Origin: an uncultured Acidimicrobiaceae bacterium
Lineage (GTDB): Bacteria; Actinomycetota; Acidimicrobiia; Spongiisociales; SHLN01
Assembly (NCBI GenBank): GCA_947259275.1
Contig: CAMYMH010000001.1
Coordinates: 108,287-172,286 of the forward strand
Direction: 5' to 3'
DNA length: 64,000 bases
Position numbers and translations under genes: made by a program. Positions 29,346-39,382 of this stretch are shown here, piece by piece (within the stretch, counting starts at the first letter, position 1; the number at the start of each line of letters is the position of its first letter). A model generated the notes under the pieces. The model did not search any database, had not been told where the DNA came from, and saw only the letters and a list, made by a program, of their open reading frames with translations.

Positions 29346-30289
29346 GCGGGGAGCGGTTCCTCGTCACCGGCGCCATGGGCTGTATCGGCGCATGGGTCAC
29401 CAAACTGCTCCTCGACGAAGGGGTTGCCGTCGCCACCTTCGACCTATCCGACGACGACAGGCGTTTGCGCCAGATCATCGACCCCGATGCCATGGGCCGG
29501 ATCGAACGGATCCTGGGAGACATCACCGATAACCGGCAGGTTTTCGAGGCGATCAGCGGGAGATCGCATGTTATCCACCTCGCCGCACTCCAGATCCCTT
29601 TCTGCCAGGCGAATCCGCCACTCGGCGCGGCGGTCAACGTGACAGGCACCGTCAACGTTTTCGAGGCGGTCAAGGACCACGGCGCGCAGCATCTGGTGTA
29701 CGCCAGCAGCCTGGCCGTGTACGGCCACCCGCGTAACTACGAGGTCGACACTCTGCCACCGGACGCCCCCCGCCTACCGGAAACGCTTTACGGCGTATAC
29801 AAGGTCGCCAACGAGGGCACCGCCGTCGTCTACTGGCAGGACTACCACGTCCCCAGCATCGGGATTCGACCATACACGGTGTACGGCCCGTTACGCGATC
29901 AGGGCGTCACCGCCCAACCGACGTTAGCCATCGAAGCCGCGGTACGGGGTGAGAAATACCACATCGAGTACGGTGGCTTCGCGGGTTTTCAGTTCGCTCC
30001 CGACGTGGCGCGATTGTTGATCATGGCAGCCCGTACCGAGCCGTTCGGCGCCGACGTCTATTCGCTACGCGGTGACATCACCTCGATCGACGAGTTCGTT
30101 CGTGTCGTTGCCGAGGTCACGGGCAGCACCGGGATCACTCACGGCGATGACCCGCTGCCGCTTCCGCACGGTGCCGAGGATGGTCCGCTGCGGGATAGGC
30201 TGGGTGAAGTGCCCCACACACCCTTGAGGGAAGCGATCACCATCACCGCCGACTTCTTTGCGGAGAGGGGACGGCATGGAGCGAGCTGA
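29342..30289 (+). CDS. NAD-dependent epimerase/dehydratase family protein
   Basis: N-terminal VTGAMGCIGAWV Rossmann motif and YxxxK (YGVYK). Confidence 0.8.
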   Translation: MSGERFLVTGAMGCIGAWVTKLLLDEGVAVATFDLSDDDRRLRQIIDPDAMGRIERILGDITDNRQVFEAISGRSHVIHLAALQIPFCQANPPLGAAVNVTGTVNVFEAVKDHGAQHLVYASSLAVYGHPRNYEVDTLPPDAPRLPETLYGVYKVANEGTAVVYWQDYHVPSIGIRPYTVYGPLRDQGVTAQPTLAIEAAVRGEKYHIEYGGFAGFQFAPDVARLLIMAARTEPFGADVYSLRGDITSIDEFVRVVAEVTGSTGITHGDDPLPLPHGAEDGPLRDRLGEVPHTPLREAITITADFFAERGRHGAS

Positions 30290-30938
30290 ACTGGACCTGA
30301 TCGGCGAACGCCTCGAGGGGCTCTACACCGCCATCGTCCACGACGTGCTGCTGGGCCGCGGTGAGCCGACCGGCGTTCTGCCGAAGGGCATCAGCCCCCT
30401 GGCAGGCGGAGGCAAGGTCGGCGGGGTGGTCTACACGGTGTTGGGCAGGCCCGATCCCGACATCTCCGCGCACGAGTCGCTGCTGCTGTGGACCGAATTC
30501 CTCTCCGAGGTGCCGCCGGGGACGGTGGTGGTGAGCCAGCCGAACGATCACGATGTCGCCCACATGGGGGAGCTCTCGGCCGAGACGCTCAAATACCGGG
30601 GGGTGCGCGGATTCATCGTCGACGGCGGCTGTCGCGACACCCGGCTCGTGCTCGACATCGGCTTCCCGGTGTGGTGCCGTTATACGACTCCGTCCGACGT
30701 TGTCGGTCGCTGGCGGGTCGACGCCCTCGGCGAGCCCATCATGATCGGCACCGTAGCCATTCACAGCGGCGACTGGGTGCTCGCCGATGAGGATGGCGTC
30801 GTGGTGGTGCCGGCCGCTACGGCCGAGGAGGTCGTGCGCGAAGCCGAGATCCAAGCGGCGACGGAGGACGAGATCCGGGCGGCGATTCTCAGCGGGGTCT
30901 CCCCGAAGGACGCCTACCTCGAGCACGGCAAGTTCTAA
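30276..30938 (+). CDS. RraA-family protein (RraA / 4-hydroxy-4-methyl-2-oxoglutarate aldolase-like)
   Basis: …TAIVHDVL…GFIVDGGCRDT… is characteristic of the RraA/DlpA family. Start MERAELD overlaps the upstream gene end. Confidence 0.7.
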   Translation: MERAELDLIGERLEGLYTAIVHDVLLGRGEPTGVLPKGISPLAGGGKVGGVVYTVLGRPDPDISAHESLLLWTEFLSEVPPGTVVVSQPNDHDVAHMGELSAETLKYRGVRGFIVDGGCRDTRLVLDIGFPVWCRYTTPSDVVGRWRVDALGEPIMIGTVAIHSGDWVLADEDGVVVVPAATAEEVVREAEIQAATEDEIRAAILSGVSPKDAYLEHGKF

Positions 30939-31036
30939 GGGTACCAGGGCTCGATTTGGTGAGCCCGCTCCAACCCACCCCTCAGTCGGGTAGGCTCGGC
31001 GCAGCGTCCACGAGCCCATCCAAGGAGGGCAGAGCA

Positions 31037-32461
31037 GTGTCTGAGACCCATCGTGCCGTCATCCCCTTCGAGTCGCTCGACCCTCTCACGATCGGGGCCA
31101 GCGGCAACGAAGACCTCATCAACCGGGAGACTATTGAGATCGACATCCCGGCCGCCAACCTGATGGCGGACATTCGGCCGGACGAACCGGAGCCGATTGC
31201 AGACGCCACCGCGGCCGCGGCCGCCGCACTGGAAAGCCCCCACTCCGGGCCTCGCTTCTCCGAGCTTCTCAACGGTGCCGGCAGCGTGGCCGTGGTCATC
31301 GATAACCAGTTCCGGCCGACACCCACGTCGAAGTTACTGCCCGCCGTCCTCGATGCAATCGAGGCAGCCGGCATCACAGACGCCCGCGTGGTGTGCGCCA
31401 ACGGGAAGGTCTTTCCGATGTCGGAGTCGGATACCGTGCAGAAGATCGGCGAGGACAATCTCGCCCGTATGGAACAGATGGGCGTTCCCTTCATGCAGAA
31501 TGACCCGGGTAACCCCGCCGCTTACACCTACATCGGGATCTCGTCGCGCGGCACGCCGGTTTGGCTCCACACCGCGGTGGCCAGCGCCGATGTCAAGATC
31601 ACCGTCGGCCAAGCGCAGTCCAATCACTGGGGTGCCGGCGGCGGTGGCAAGCTCATCCTTCCCGGCGTCGTGTCGGACGCCACCATCGAGTCGAACCACG
31701 CCGCCTTCGTCACTTCGCCGCAGACCCACTATGGCGCAGTGGCCGGCCCGATGCGGTCCGACATCGATGAGGTGGCCACCATGTGCGAGCTGACGGCGAC
31801 GATGAATGTCATCCTCGACACCCATGGCCGGGTCTCCGATGTGCTCTTCGGCGCCCATCCCGATGCTCATCGCGAATCCATCAGGCGCTTCAACGCAACC
31901 TATGCGTACGACAACCCGGTGGCCGAGCATGGACCCGCCGACATCGCCATCTGCGGCGTGTTCGCCCCGACCGATCATTTGTTCTTCCATACCGGGTGGG
32001 GCGCCATGTCGACCGACCTGGTCGTTGGCGAGGGCGGCACCATCATCTACTGCTCGCCCTCTCCCGGTGTCCACACCGACCTGGGTGACTTCCCCGGACT
32101 GGCGCTGATGGATCTGATGCAGCCGTACATGCCGCCGACTCGGGAGAACTACGAGCGGGTACTGCATGACATCCACCACCGGGCGATCGAGATGTGGTCG
32201 GGCTGCATCTGGGTGCCGATCTACGAGGTAATGACGCGCAAGCACCTGACGATGGTGACCCTCGAGGAGAACTTGGCGATGGCTGCAGATATCGGCATCG
32301 ACGCCACCACGTCCCTGGACGAAGCCTTCGGGGCGGCCATGGGGCGCCATGGCCCCGACGCCAAGGTCATCGTCCTTCCATACGCGCGATACCAACTGCC
32401 CAAGAACGCCATCCGGATGGATGCGGAGGACATTACGACGCTCGAGCAGTTACGTCTGTGA
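31037..32461 (+). CDS. larA: LarA-family nickel-pincer-nucleotide-dependent 2-hydroxyacid racemase/epimerase homolog (DUF2088 + LarA C-terminal domain)
   Basis: Strong SD AAGGAGG 8 nt before GTG 31037. LarA-like sequence throughout (…VVIDNQFRPTP…HTGWGAMSTD…). Substrate unknown. Confidence 0.75.
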   Translation: MSETHRAVIPFESLDPLTIGASGNEDLINRETIEIDIPAANLMADIRPDEPEPIADATAAAAAALESPHSGPRFSELLNGAGSVAVVIDNQFRPTPTSKLLPAVLDAIEAAGITDARVVCANGKVFPMSESDTVQKIGEDNLARMEQMGVPFMQNDPGNPAAYTYIGISSRGTPVWLHTAVASADVKITVGQAQSNHWGAGGGGKLILPGVVSDATIESNHAAFVTSPQTHYGAVAGPMRSDIDEVATMCELTATMNVILDTHGRVSDVLFGAHPDAHRESIRRFNATYAYDNPVAEHGPADIAICGVFAPTDHLFFHTGWGAMSTDLVVGEGGTIIYCSPSPGVHTDLGDFPGLALMDLMQPYMPPTRENYERVLHDIHHRAIEMWSGCIWVPIYEVMTRKHLTMVTLEENLAMAADIGIDATTSLDEAFGAAMGRHGPDAKVIVLPYARYQLPKNAIRMDAEDITTLEQLRL

Positions 32462-32467
32462 CCAGCA

Positions 32468-32752
32468 GTGCCCTCGGGATCCAGCCGGCGGATCAGAGGC
32501 AGGACCACCATCGCCGAGATTCTCAGGATGTACCCGGATGGGCGCGCCTACCGGCTCATGCAGCAGTTGCATTGGGCCTGCCCCATGTGCGGTTTCGCCC
32601 CGCGCGAGCCGCTGGCAATGGCGGCCAAGAAGCACAAGAACTCGCCGCTGGCCGTACTCGAGGCCTTTCGAGCTCTCGACGAGCATGACGGACCAAGCGC
32701 AGAGATGATCGCCCGGGCGGCGGAACGACATAGGAAGTACGAGATGCCATGA
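32468..32752 (+). CDS. DUF1858-like small redox-disulfide (CxxC) protein
   Basis: …TIAEILRMYPDGRAYRLMQQLHWACPMCGF…, i.e. the ScdA/YtfE N-terminal-like DUF1858 with a CPMC motif. Sits between larA and larE. Confidence 0.55.
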   Translation: MPSGSSRRIRGRTTIAEILRMYPDGRAYRLMQQLHWACPMCGFAPREPLAMAAKKHKNSPLAVLEAFRALDEHDGPSAEMIARAAERHRKYEMP

Positions 32753-33546
32753 CTACTGCCGAAGCAAGATTGGCGGACGAACTTCGCTCGCTGGAGCGGG
32801 TTGTCGTCGCCTTTTCCGGTGGCGTGGATTCGGCGACCCTGGCCTATGCCGCGTTGCGCGTCCTCGGTCCTGACCGGATGCAGGCGGTCACGGCCGATTC
32901 CGATTCACTGGCGACCGGTGAGCTCGAGCACTGTGCCGACTTGGCCCGGCAATGGGATATGCCGTGGCGGTCGGTGGCCACCAACGAGCTCGCCAACGTC
33001 GACTACGTTGCAAACCAAGGCGACCGCTGCTTCTGGTGCAAGGATGCCCTCATGGATGCCCTGACACCCGTAGCCGCCGATCTTGGGGCGGCGATCACCC
33101 TCGGCGTCAACGTGGACGACCTCGGCGATCACCGACCCGGGCAGGAGGCCGCCCGTCAGCGCGGGGCCCGCTTCCCGCTGGTAGACGCCGGCCTTCGAAA
33201 GTCAGACATCCGTGAACTGGCCAAAGGGTGGGGTCTCCCGATCTGGGACCGGCCCGCCATGCCCTGCCTCAGCTCACGCGTACCGTACGGCACGCCGGTG
33301 ACCGTGCGAGTGCTGTCGCGCATCGACCGCGCCGAGATGGAGTTGCGGCGCCTCGGCTTCGGCGACCTCCGGGTTCGCCACTACGACGACACCGCACGGA
33401 TCGAGGTGCCGCTCTCGAAGATGACGGAGGTGGTGGAGCAGAGTGAGGTGATCGTCACCGCCTTGCAGCGCATCGGGTACCGCTACGTGACGCTCGATCT
33501 CGCCGGCCTGCGTTCCGGCAACCTCAACTCAGCGCTGTCGCAATGA
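32749..33546 (+). CDS. larE: LarE, ATP-dependent sulfur transferase for nickel-pincer cofactor (PP-loop ATP pyrophosphatase family); three conserved Cys suggest the [4Fe-4S] catalytic type
   Basis: PP-loop VVAFSGGVDS. Cys in CFWCK plus PCLSSRVPYG. Confidence 0.8.
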   Translation: MTTAEARLADELRSLERVVVAFSGGVDSATLAYAALRVLGPDRMQAVTADSDSLATGELEHCADLARQWDMPWRSVATNELANVDYVANQGDRCFWCKDALMDALTPVAADLGAAITLGVNVDDLGDHRPGQEAARQRGARFPLVDAGLRKSDIRELAKGWGLPIWDRPAMPCLSSRVPYGTPVTVRVLSRIDRAEMELRRLGFGDLRVRHYDDTARIEVPLSKMTEVVEQSEVIVTALQRIGYRYVTLDLAGLRSGNLNSALSQ

Positions 33547-34214
33547 ATACGTCTGACGACGGGCGAGTGGTGCATCTGGGCGACACGCGCCTCGATGTCG
33601 ATCGACGACGCCGCATCGGTATTCCCGAAGCGGTATACGCCGAGGGGAAGACCGCGGCTCAATGCGTCCGAATCGTCGAAGCCCTCCTCTCGGCCAACGG
33701 TGACCCGGTGATCGTCACCCGGACCAGCCCGGAGCAGCGCGAGTCCCTGGCGGTGCTCGAGCCCACCGCCACCTGGACGGCCACGCTCACCTGGCAGCAC
33801 GCCGAGGCGCAAGCTGTGAAACCGGTCGCCATTGTGTCGGGAGGCACGTCCGACCAGCCGGTGGTGGATGAGTGTCTCGGCACCCTGGCGGCGATGGGCG
33901 TTCCGGTTGAGACACATCGCGACGTGGGGGTGGCCGGCATCCACCGACTGGTCGACGTTCTGCCAAGTCTCGAGGGTGCCTCGGTCGTCGTGGCAGTTGC
34001 TGGTATGGAGGCGTCGCTGCCGACCGTTCTCGGCGGCCTGGTGTGGGCGCCGATTATCGGCGTACCCACCTCTACCGGCTACGGCTCGAGCTTCGAAGGC
34101 ATCACGGCGCTGTTGTCAATGCTCTCGTCGTGCGCTCCCGGGATCAGCGTTGTGGGAATTGACAATGGCTACGGGGCGGCTTGCGCGGCGTTGCGGAGCC
34201 TGGCGCACGACTGA
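33543..34214 (+). CDS. larB: LarB, nickel-pincer cofactor biosynthesis carboxylase/hydrolase (PurE-like)
   Basis: PurE-like C-terminal half (…VAIVSGGTSD…VVVAVAGMEASLP…GVPTSTGYG…). Confidence 0.8.
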   Translation: MNTSDDGRVVHLGDTRLDVDRRRRIGIPEAVYAEGKTAAQCVRIVEALLSANGDPVIVTRTSPEQRESLAVLEPTATWTATLTWQHAEAQAVKPVAIVSGGTSDQPVVDECLGTLAAMGVPVETHRDVGVAGIHRLVDVLPSLEGASVVVAVAGMEASLPTVLGGLVWAPIIGVPTSTGYGSSFEGITALLSMLSSCAPGISVVGIDNGYGAACAALRSLAHD

Positions 34215-35386
34215 TGGCGCGGGCACTGTGGCTCAACCCGGCGGTCGGCGTTTCCGGTGACATGTTGCTCGGGGCGTTGATCGACGCCGGCGCCGATGAG
34301 GCGAGCGTGCGCAAGGCGCTGGAGGCGCTCAACGTGACCGGATGGCATCTGGAGGTCATGGACGTCGAGCGCCGCGGGCTCCGCTGCCGTCACGCCAGGG
34401 TGACCGCCGAGGTTGCCGAAGAGCCGAGAACGTGGTCTGCCATCGATGCCTTGCTCGCCGGGGCCGATCTTCCGCCGTCGGCCTCACACGGGGCGCGGGC
34501 GACCTTCCGCCGACTCGGCGAGGTCGAGGCCGAACGGCATGGTGTGGGAATCGATGACGTGCACTTCCATGAGGTGGGCGCGGTGGATGCGATCGTCGAC
34601 ATCGTGGGGTGTTGGGCGGCCCTCGAGACATTGGAGGTTGGCGAGGTATGGTCAGGTCCGGTCGGGCTCGGGACGGGAACGGTGGCCTCATCGCACGGTG
34701 TGCTGCCGCATCCGGCTCCGGCCGTGCTCGGCCTGCTCGAAGGTGTTCCGGTCGTGGGGCTCGACTCGGCGAAGGAGACGGCCACTCCGACCGGCGTCGC
34801 CTTGCTGGTGACGATGGTGGATGAGTGGGGGACGGTTCCCTCCGGACGGCTCGAACGTTCGGGTCTTGGCGCCGGGAGCCGGGATGAGACAACTCATCCC
34901 AACGTGCTGGCCGCCGTGATGATCGAAACCGACGACTCCGCCGAAGTGGACGCCGTGTTGATCGAGACGACACTCGACGACGTAACTCCCGAGATTCTGG
35001 GTCACGTATTAGAACGTGCCCTGGATGCCGGCGCCGACGATGCCTGGCTGGTCCCCGTCGTCATGAAGAAGGCGCGCCCGGGTCACGAGCTGCGCATCCT
35101 GTGCGCCCCGGCGGTGCAGGAGCGTCTGATCGGTCTGGTGGCCGCCGAGACCGGCACACTGGGCATGCGGACCTATCGGGTTGGTAAACACATATTCCCG
35201 AGAGGGTTCGAGGAAGTCTTGTTGGATGGAGAGACCATCCGGATGAAGGTCGGTCCCTATGGGGCCAAGCCGGAGGCGGCCGACGTGATCCGGGTGGCGG
35301 ACGCCACCGGAAGGAGCGCTCGATCGGTGGCAGCCGAGGCGCTGGTCCGATGGGCGAGCCGCGTCACCAACGTGAAGGAGTCCTGA
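34214..35386 (+). CDS. larC: LarC, CTP-dependent nickel insertase (DUF111), unsplit
   Basis: …GVSGDMLLGALIDAGAD…FHEVGAVDAIVDIVG… DUF111 signature. The start shares one nt with the larB stop (TGATG). Confidence 0.8.
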   Translation: MARALWLNPAVGVSGDMLLGALIDAGADEASVRKALEALNVTGWHLEVMDVERRGLRCRHARVTAEVAEEPRTWSAIDALLAGADLPPSASHGARATFRRLGEVEAERHGVGIDDVHFHEVGAVDAIVDIVGCWAALETLEVGEVWSGPVGLGTGTVASSHGVLPHPAPAVLGLLEGVPVVGLDSAKETATPTGVALLVTMVDEWGTVPSGRLERSGLGAGSRDETTHPNVLAAVMIETDDSAEVDAVLIETTLDDVTPEILGHVLERALDAGADDAWLVPVVMKKARPGHELRILCAPAVQERLIGLVAAETGTLGMRTYRVGKHIFPRGFEEVLLDGETIRMKVGPYGAKPEAADVIRVADATGRSARSVAAEALVRWASRVTNVKES

Positions 35387-36010
35387 GTGGAGCTGCACAA
35401 CTCATTCGTGGTCGGTCGTCCGGTCGAAGAAGCCTGGGTCGTGCTCACCGATCTCGGGCGCATTGCCCCCTGCATGCCGGGAGCCCAGCTCACCGGGATC
35501 GAAGGCGACGAGTACCAGGGCCTGGTGAAAGTGAAAGTGGGGCCGATCGTGGCCACCTACACCGGCACTGCCACCTTCACCAGCTGCAACGAAGAGGATG
35601 GCGTCGCCATCATCAAGGCATCCGGGCGTGATACCCGCCAGGGCAACGCCGATGCTGTGATCACAGCCACCCTGAGGCCGGGTGGTGCCGGTACCAGTCA
35701 AGTCGATCTCGCCACCGACCTCAGCCTGAGCGGCAAGCTCGCCAGTTTTGGTAAAGGGGCCATCAAGGACGTCTCAACCAACATCCTCGGGCAATTCGCC
35801 GCCAACCTCGAGGCAATGCTCGCCCAGGAGACCGCCGCACCCAGCCCCCAACCGGCTGCGGCACCACCGGCGGAAAGTCAACCTCCGGCACCGCAGCCGC
35901 TGGATCTCGCCGCCGCTGCCCGGGCCCCGATGCGGAAGCTCGTCCTCCCGGTCGTCGTTGCCCTGCTGCTGATGGTGAGCTGGCGCTGCCTGCGCAGGCG
36001 GCGGCGCTGA
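35387..36010 (+). CDS. CoxG-like SRPBCC protein (carbon monoxide dehydrogenase subunit G family) with C-terminal TM anchor
   Basis: …HNSFVVGRPVEEAWVVLTDLGRIAPCMPGAQL… CoxG signature, a Pro/Ala-rich linker, then a hydrophobic tail plus RRRRR. Confidence 0.7.
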   Translation: MELHNSFVVGRPVEEAWVVLTDLGRIAPCMPGAQLTGIEGDEYQGLVKVKVGPIVATYTGTATFTSCNEEDGVAIIKASGRDTRQGNADAVITATLRPGGAGTSQVDLATDLSLSGKLASFGKGAIKDVSTNILGQFAANLEAMLAQETAAPSPQPAAAPPAESQPPAPQPLDLAAAARAPMRKLVLPVVVALLLMVSWRCLRRRRR

Positions 36011-36025
36011 CTCAATCCGGGGGAA

Positions 36026-36946
36026 TCAGAGCAACCCGGCCGCCTCGAGGGCCCGTTTGACCGCTTCGAGCTCGGCGGCGGGTAGCTTGACCAAAGGTGG
36101 CCGCACCACGGCACGCGGCTGCCGACCCAGCAGCACCAACGCCTCCTTGATACGGTTATGCATGTCGACGGCGGGTTCGGCATAGAAGCACTGTGCCAGC
36201 GGGTAGATGCGGTCGTTGATGGTCCGGGCGGCGGGCAGATCGCCGGATTGCACTGCGTTGAAGAGCGCCACCTGCAAGTCGGCAATGACGCTGCCCGAAC
36301 CGGAGAGCAGGCCGTTGCATCCCATCGTCAAGGAGGCCATCAGCCAGGCGCTGTTGGTCGACAGCACATTGATTGGCCGAGGTAGCCCCTGGAGAACCCG
36401 GACATGGCGCTCGTGGATGGCCCCACTGTTCCAGTCCTTGACGGCGCATATGGTCGGGACCTCCTCCACCATCTGCAACAGGGTGTCCATGGGGTAGGCG
36501 TAGTCGCCCGAGTATTGGAAGGCGATGAGCGGCAAATCGCTGGCGGCGGCGATGGTTCTGAAGTGAGCCAACGCCATCTCCGGCCGGCGCTGCCCGTGCA
36601 TCATCCCGATGGTGTGGGGCGGGAACACCAGGAGCGCCGAGGCTCCAGCCGCCTGGGCCATGGCTGCGATCCGGGCGGCTTCGAGGCTCCCGTCGGCGTA
36701 GACGCCGCTGATGACGGGCAAGGCGTTTCCCACCTCATCGAGTGCCAGGTCGAGGACCCGGTGCTGCTCGTCGACGGTGCAGGCGTGCACCTCCGAGGCG
36801 TGCCCGTTGACGGTGATGGCCGAGATCCCGACCACCCCGGCAACGTCGCGGAGGTGGCGCCGCGTGGCGTCGTTGTCGATAGAGAGATCTTCGTGGAATG
36901 CGAGAAGCGTCGCCGGGATGACCCCATCGGGCATGTAGGAACTCAT
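36026..36946 (-). CDS. DapA-family class I aldolase (dihydrodipicolinate synthase/N-acetylneuraminate lyase family)
   Basis: MSSYMPDGVIPATLLAF…GISAITVNGHASE…FQYSGDYAY… The long 750-aa ORF is an antisense extension over the + strand xanthine-dehydrogenase-family gene. Confidence 0.8.
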   Translation of the reverse strand: MSSYMPDGVIPATLLAFHEDLSIDNDATRRHLRDVAGVVGISAITVNGHASEVHACTVDEQHRVLDLALDEVGNALPVISGVYADGSLEAARIAAMAQAAGASALLVFPPHTIGMMHGQRRPEMALAHFRTIAAASDLPLIAFQYSGDYAYPMDTLLQMVEEVPTICAVKDWNSGAIHERHVRVLQGLPRPINVLSTNSAWLMASLTMGCNGLLSGSGSVIADLQVALFNAVQSGDLPAARTINDRIYPLAQCFYAEPAVDMHNRIKEALVLLGRQPRAVVRPPLVKLPAAELEAVKRALEAAGLL

Positions 36947-37021
36947 GGCCTCCTCGCGTCCGTGAACCGGATTATGGCGCGCCTGATCTGGGCAGGAAGC
37001 AGGCGAAGTAGGGTGCGGCCT

Positions 37022-39382
37022 ATGAGTTGGGTCGGGAAGCCTCTGGAGCGCATCGAGGATGAGACCCTGCTGCGCGGGCGGGGGCGTTTCATCGATGATC
37101 TCAATCCGGTGCCCGGCGCCTACCACGCCGCCGTGGTCAGGTCTCCCTACGCGGCCGCCCATCTCACCAGCATCGACGCTTCGGCCGCCCTCGCAAGTCC
37201 CGGCGTGCTGGCAGTTGTCACCGGCCAACAGGTTGCCGAGTTGACCAAGCCGTTTCATGCGGTGATCGACACACCGGTTGCCTTCCGGGCCGCGGCCGTT
37301 GAGGAAGTCCGATACGCCGGCGAACCGGTGGCGGTGGTGGTCGCCCGGGACCGCTACCTGGCCGAGGACGCCGCCGAGATGGTGGCGGTCGAGTATGAGC
37401 CCGCCGCCCCGGTGCTGACGCCGCTTGACGCGGTCGCGGCAGGCGCGATCGTCTCCGACCGATCCTTCGTCTACGGCGATCCGCTCGGCAAGCTGGAGGA
37501 GGCCGATCTCGTCGTGACGGAATCCTTCACGTTTCCTCGCTGGACGGGAACGCCTGTCGAGGGCTTCGGCGTGATAGCCGACTGGTCGGCCGCCGACGAC
37601 GCCCTCACCGTGTGGACCAATTTTCAGGGCCCATTCACGCTGTATATGGCCGCGGCCGCCGCCCTCGGGCTCCCGCGATCCAAGCTCCGGCTCATCACTC
37701 CACCCGACTCGGGTGGGAGCTTCGGCATCAAGGCCGCGGTATACACATACGTCGTGCTGATGGGAGCGGTTTCCCGCCATCTCGGCGTTCCGGTTCGCTG
37801 GATCGAGGACCGCCTCGAGCACTTGGCCGCCAGTGCTGCCTCCACCGAACGGGTCACCGAGGTCACGGCCGGCTTCACCAATGACGGCAAGCTGATCAGC
37901 CTCGGCTATGACGTCGTCGAGGACGTCGGTGCCTATCTGCGTGCCCCGGAACCGGCCACCCTCTACCGGATGCACGGCTCGCTCAGCGGTGCCTATACCG
38001 TGCAGGATGTCTCGGCTCGCAACCGGGTGGTGTTGACCAACCGTTGCCCAACCGGCCTCAACCGCGGATTCGGTGGTCCCCAGCTGTATTTCGCCCTCGA
38101 AGGCACCATGGCCATCGCGGCAGCCCGGCTCGGCATCGATCCCGTCGACCTGGCCCATCGCAATCTGGTGGCGGCCGGGGAGTTCCCTTACACGACCCCA
38201 ACGGGTGCCATCTACGACTCCGGCGACTACGCCGTATGCCTGGACGACGCGCTGGCAACGGTTGGATATGCCGAACACCGCCGCCGGCAGGCCGCGGCGC
38301 GCGCCGACGGGCGGTTGGTCGGAATCGGGATTGCGTGTGTGGTCGAGCCGTCGGTCTCCAACATGGGCTACATCTCACTCGCCGAGACCGCCCAAGAGCG
38401 CTCGGGAGGCCTGCCCAAGTCGGGAAACACCGAGGGAGCAACCATTTCAATGTCCCCCGGGGGCGGGGTGGTCGTGCAGATCTCGACGACGCCGCAGGGC
38501 CAGGGCCACCGGACGGTCGTCTCTCAGGTGGTCGCAGATCAACTCGGCCTCGAGCCGGGGGACATCGAGGTGGTCTCCGTTCTCGACACCCACGTCAATG
38601 CGTGGTCGATCGCGTCCGGGAACTACTCCTCTCGTTTTTCGGCGATGGGTGTGGCGGCGGTGCAGCAGGCAGCTGAGGAGTTGACGGCGGCGATCAAACA
38701 GATTGCCGCTCACGAGCTGGAGTGCGCGGTCCTCGACGTTGAGCTGCGCGATGGGAAAGCCGCCGTCGTCGGCCAGCAGGATGCCGCGGTCTCGCTGCGG
38801 CGCATCGCCGGCAAGGCTCACTGGAATCCCGAGGCGCTGCCCGACGGCGTTGCTCCGGGGCTTCGTTTCACATCATTTGTCTCGGCCCCCGGCCTCGAAC
38901 CGGCGGCGAGTGACGACACGATCGCCTCCTCCGCCGTCCATGGCTTCGTGGCCGACGTAGCCGTGGTCGAGGTGGATCGGGAAACCGGCGCGGTCACCGT
39001 TCTCGACTACGCAACCACCCACGACGCCGGGACGCTCCTCAATCCGCGCCTGGTCGAAGGCCAGGTCAGGGGCGGCTTCGCGCACGGCGCAGGCGTCGCC
39101 CTCATGGAGCGTCTCGCCTACGACGAGGACGGCAACTTGATCACCGCCAGCTTCATGGACTACCTATGCATGACCGCGTCGGAGGTGCCGCCGCTGCGGT
39201 CATCGCATATCGAGACGCCGTCACCGTTCACCGCCCTCGGTGCCAAGGGCCTTGGCGAGGGCAACACGATGAGCGCGCCGGTGACCATCGCAAACGCGGT
39301 ACGAGATGCGCTCGGCATCGAGCGGCTCGAGCTGCCGCTGACGCCTTCCCGGGTGTGGGAGCTCATCGAGCCCCTGTCATGA
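37022..39382 (+). CDS. Xanthine-dehydrogenase-family molybdopterin-binding large subunit (2-furoyl-CoA dehydrogenase HmfA-like / CoxL-like)
   Basis: MSWVGKPLERIEDETLLRGRGRFIDD… Has a GFGGPQ-type motif rather than CoxL's VAYRCSFR. Confidence 0.8.
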   Translation: MSWVGKPLERIEDETLLRGRGRFIDDLNPVPGAYHAAVVRSPYAAAHLTSIDASAALASPGVLAVVTGQQVAELTKPFHAVIDTPVAFRAAAVEEVRYAGEPVAVVVARDRYLAEDAAEMVAVEYEPAAPVLTPLDAVAAGAIVSDRSFVYGDPLGKLEEADLVVTESFTFPRWTGTPVEGFGVIADWSAADDALTVWTNFQGPFTLYMAAAAALGLPRSKLRLITPPDSGGSFGIKAAVYTYVVLMGAVSRHLGVPVRWIEDRLEHLAASAASTERVTEVTAGFTNDGKLISLGYDVVEDVGAYLRAPEPATLYRMHGSLSGAYTVQDVSARNRVVLTNRCPTGLNRGFGGPQLYFALEGTMAIAAARLGIDPVDLAHRNLVAAGEFPYTTPTGAIYDSGDYAVCLDDALATVGYAEHRRRQAAARADGRLVGIGIACVVEPSVSNMGYISLAETAQERSGGLPKSGNTEGATISMSPGGGVVVQISTTPQGQGHRTVVSQVVADQLGLEPGDIEVVSVLDTHVNAWSIASGNYSSRFSAMGVAAVQQAAEELTAAIKQIAAHELECAVLDVELRDGKAAVVGQQDAAVSLRRIAGKAHWNPEALPDGVAPGLRFTSFVSAPGLEPAASDDTIASSAVHGFVADVAVVEVDRETGAVTVLDYATTHDAGTLLNPRLVEGQVRGGFAHGAGVALMERLAYDEDGNLITASFMDYLCMTASEVPPLRSSHIETPSPFTALGAKGLGEGNTMSAPVTIANAVRDALGIERLELPLTPSRVWELIEPLS

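Noticed and set aside
36947-38278. Upper two-thirds of the 750-aa minus-strand ORF 36026..38278
   Set aside because: Antisense shadow of the + strand xanthine-dehydrogenase-family large-subunit gene (37022..39382). Only the C-terminal 306 aa (DapA-family) is a real gene. Long stop-free antisense frames are expected at ~70% GC.
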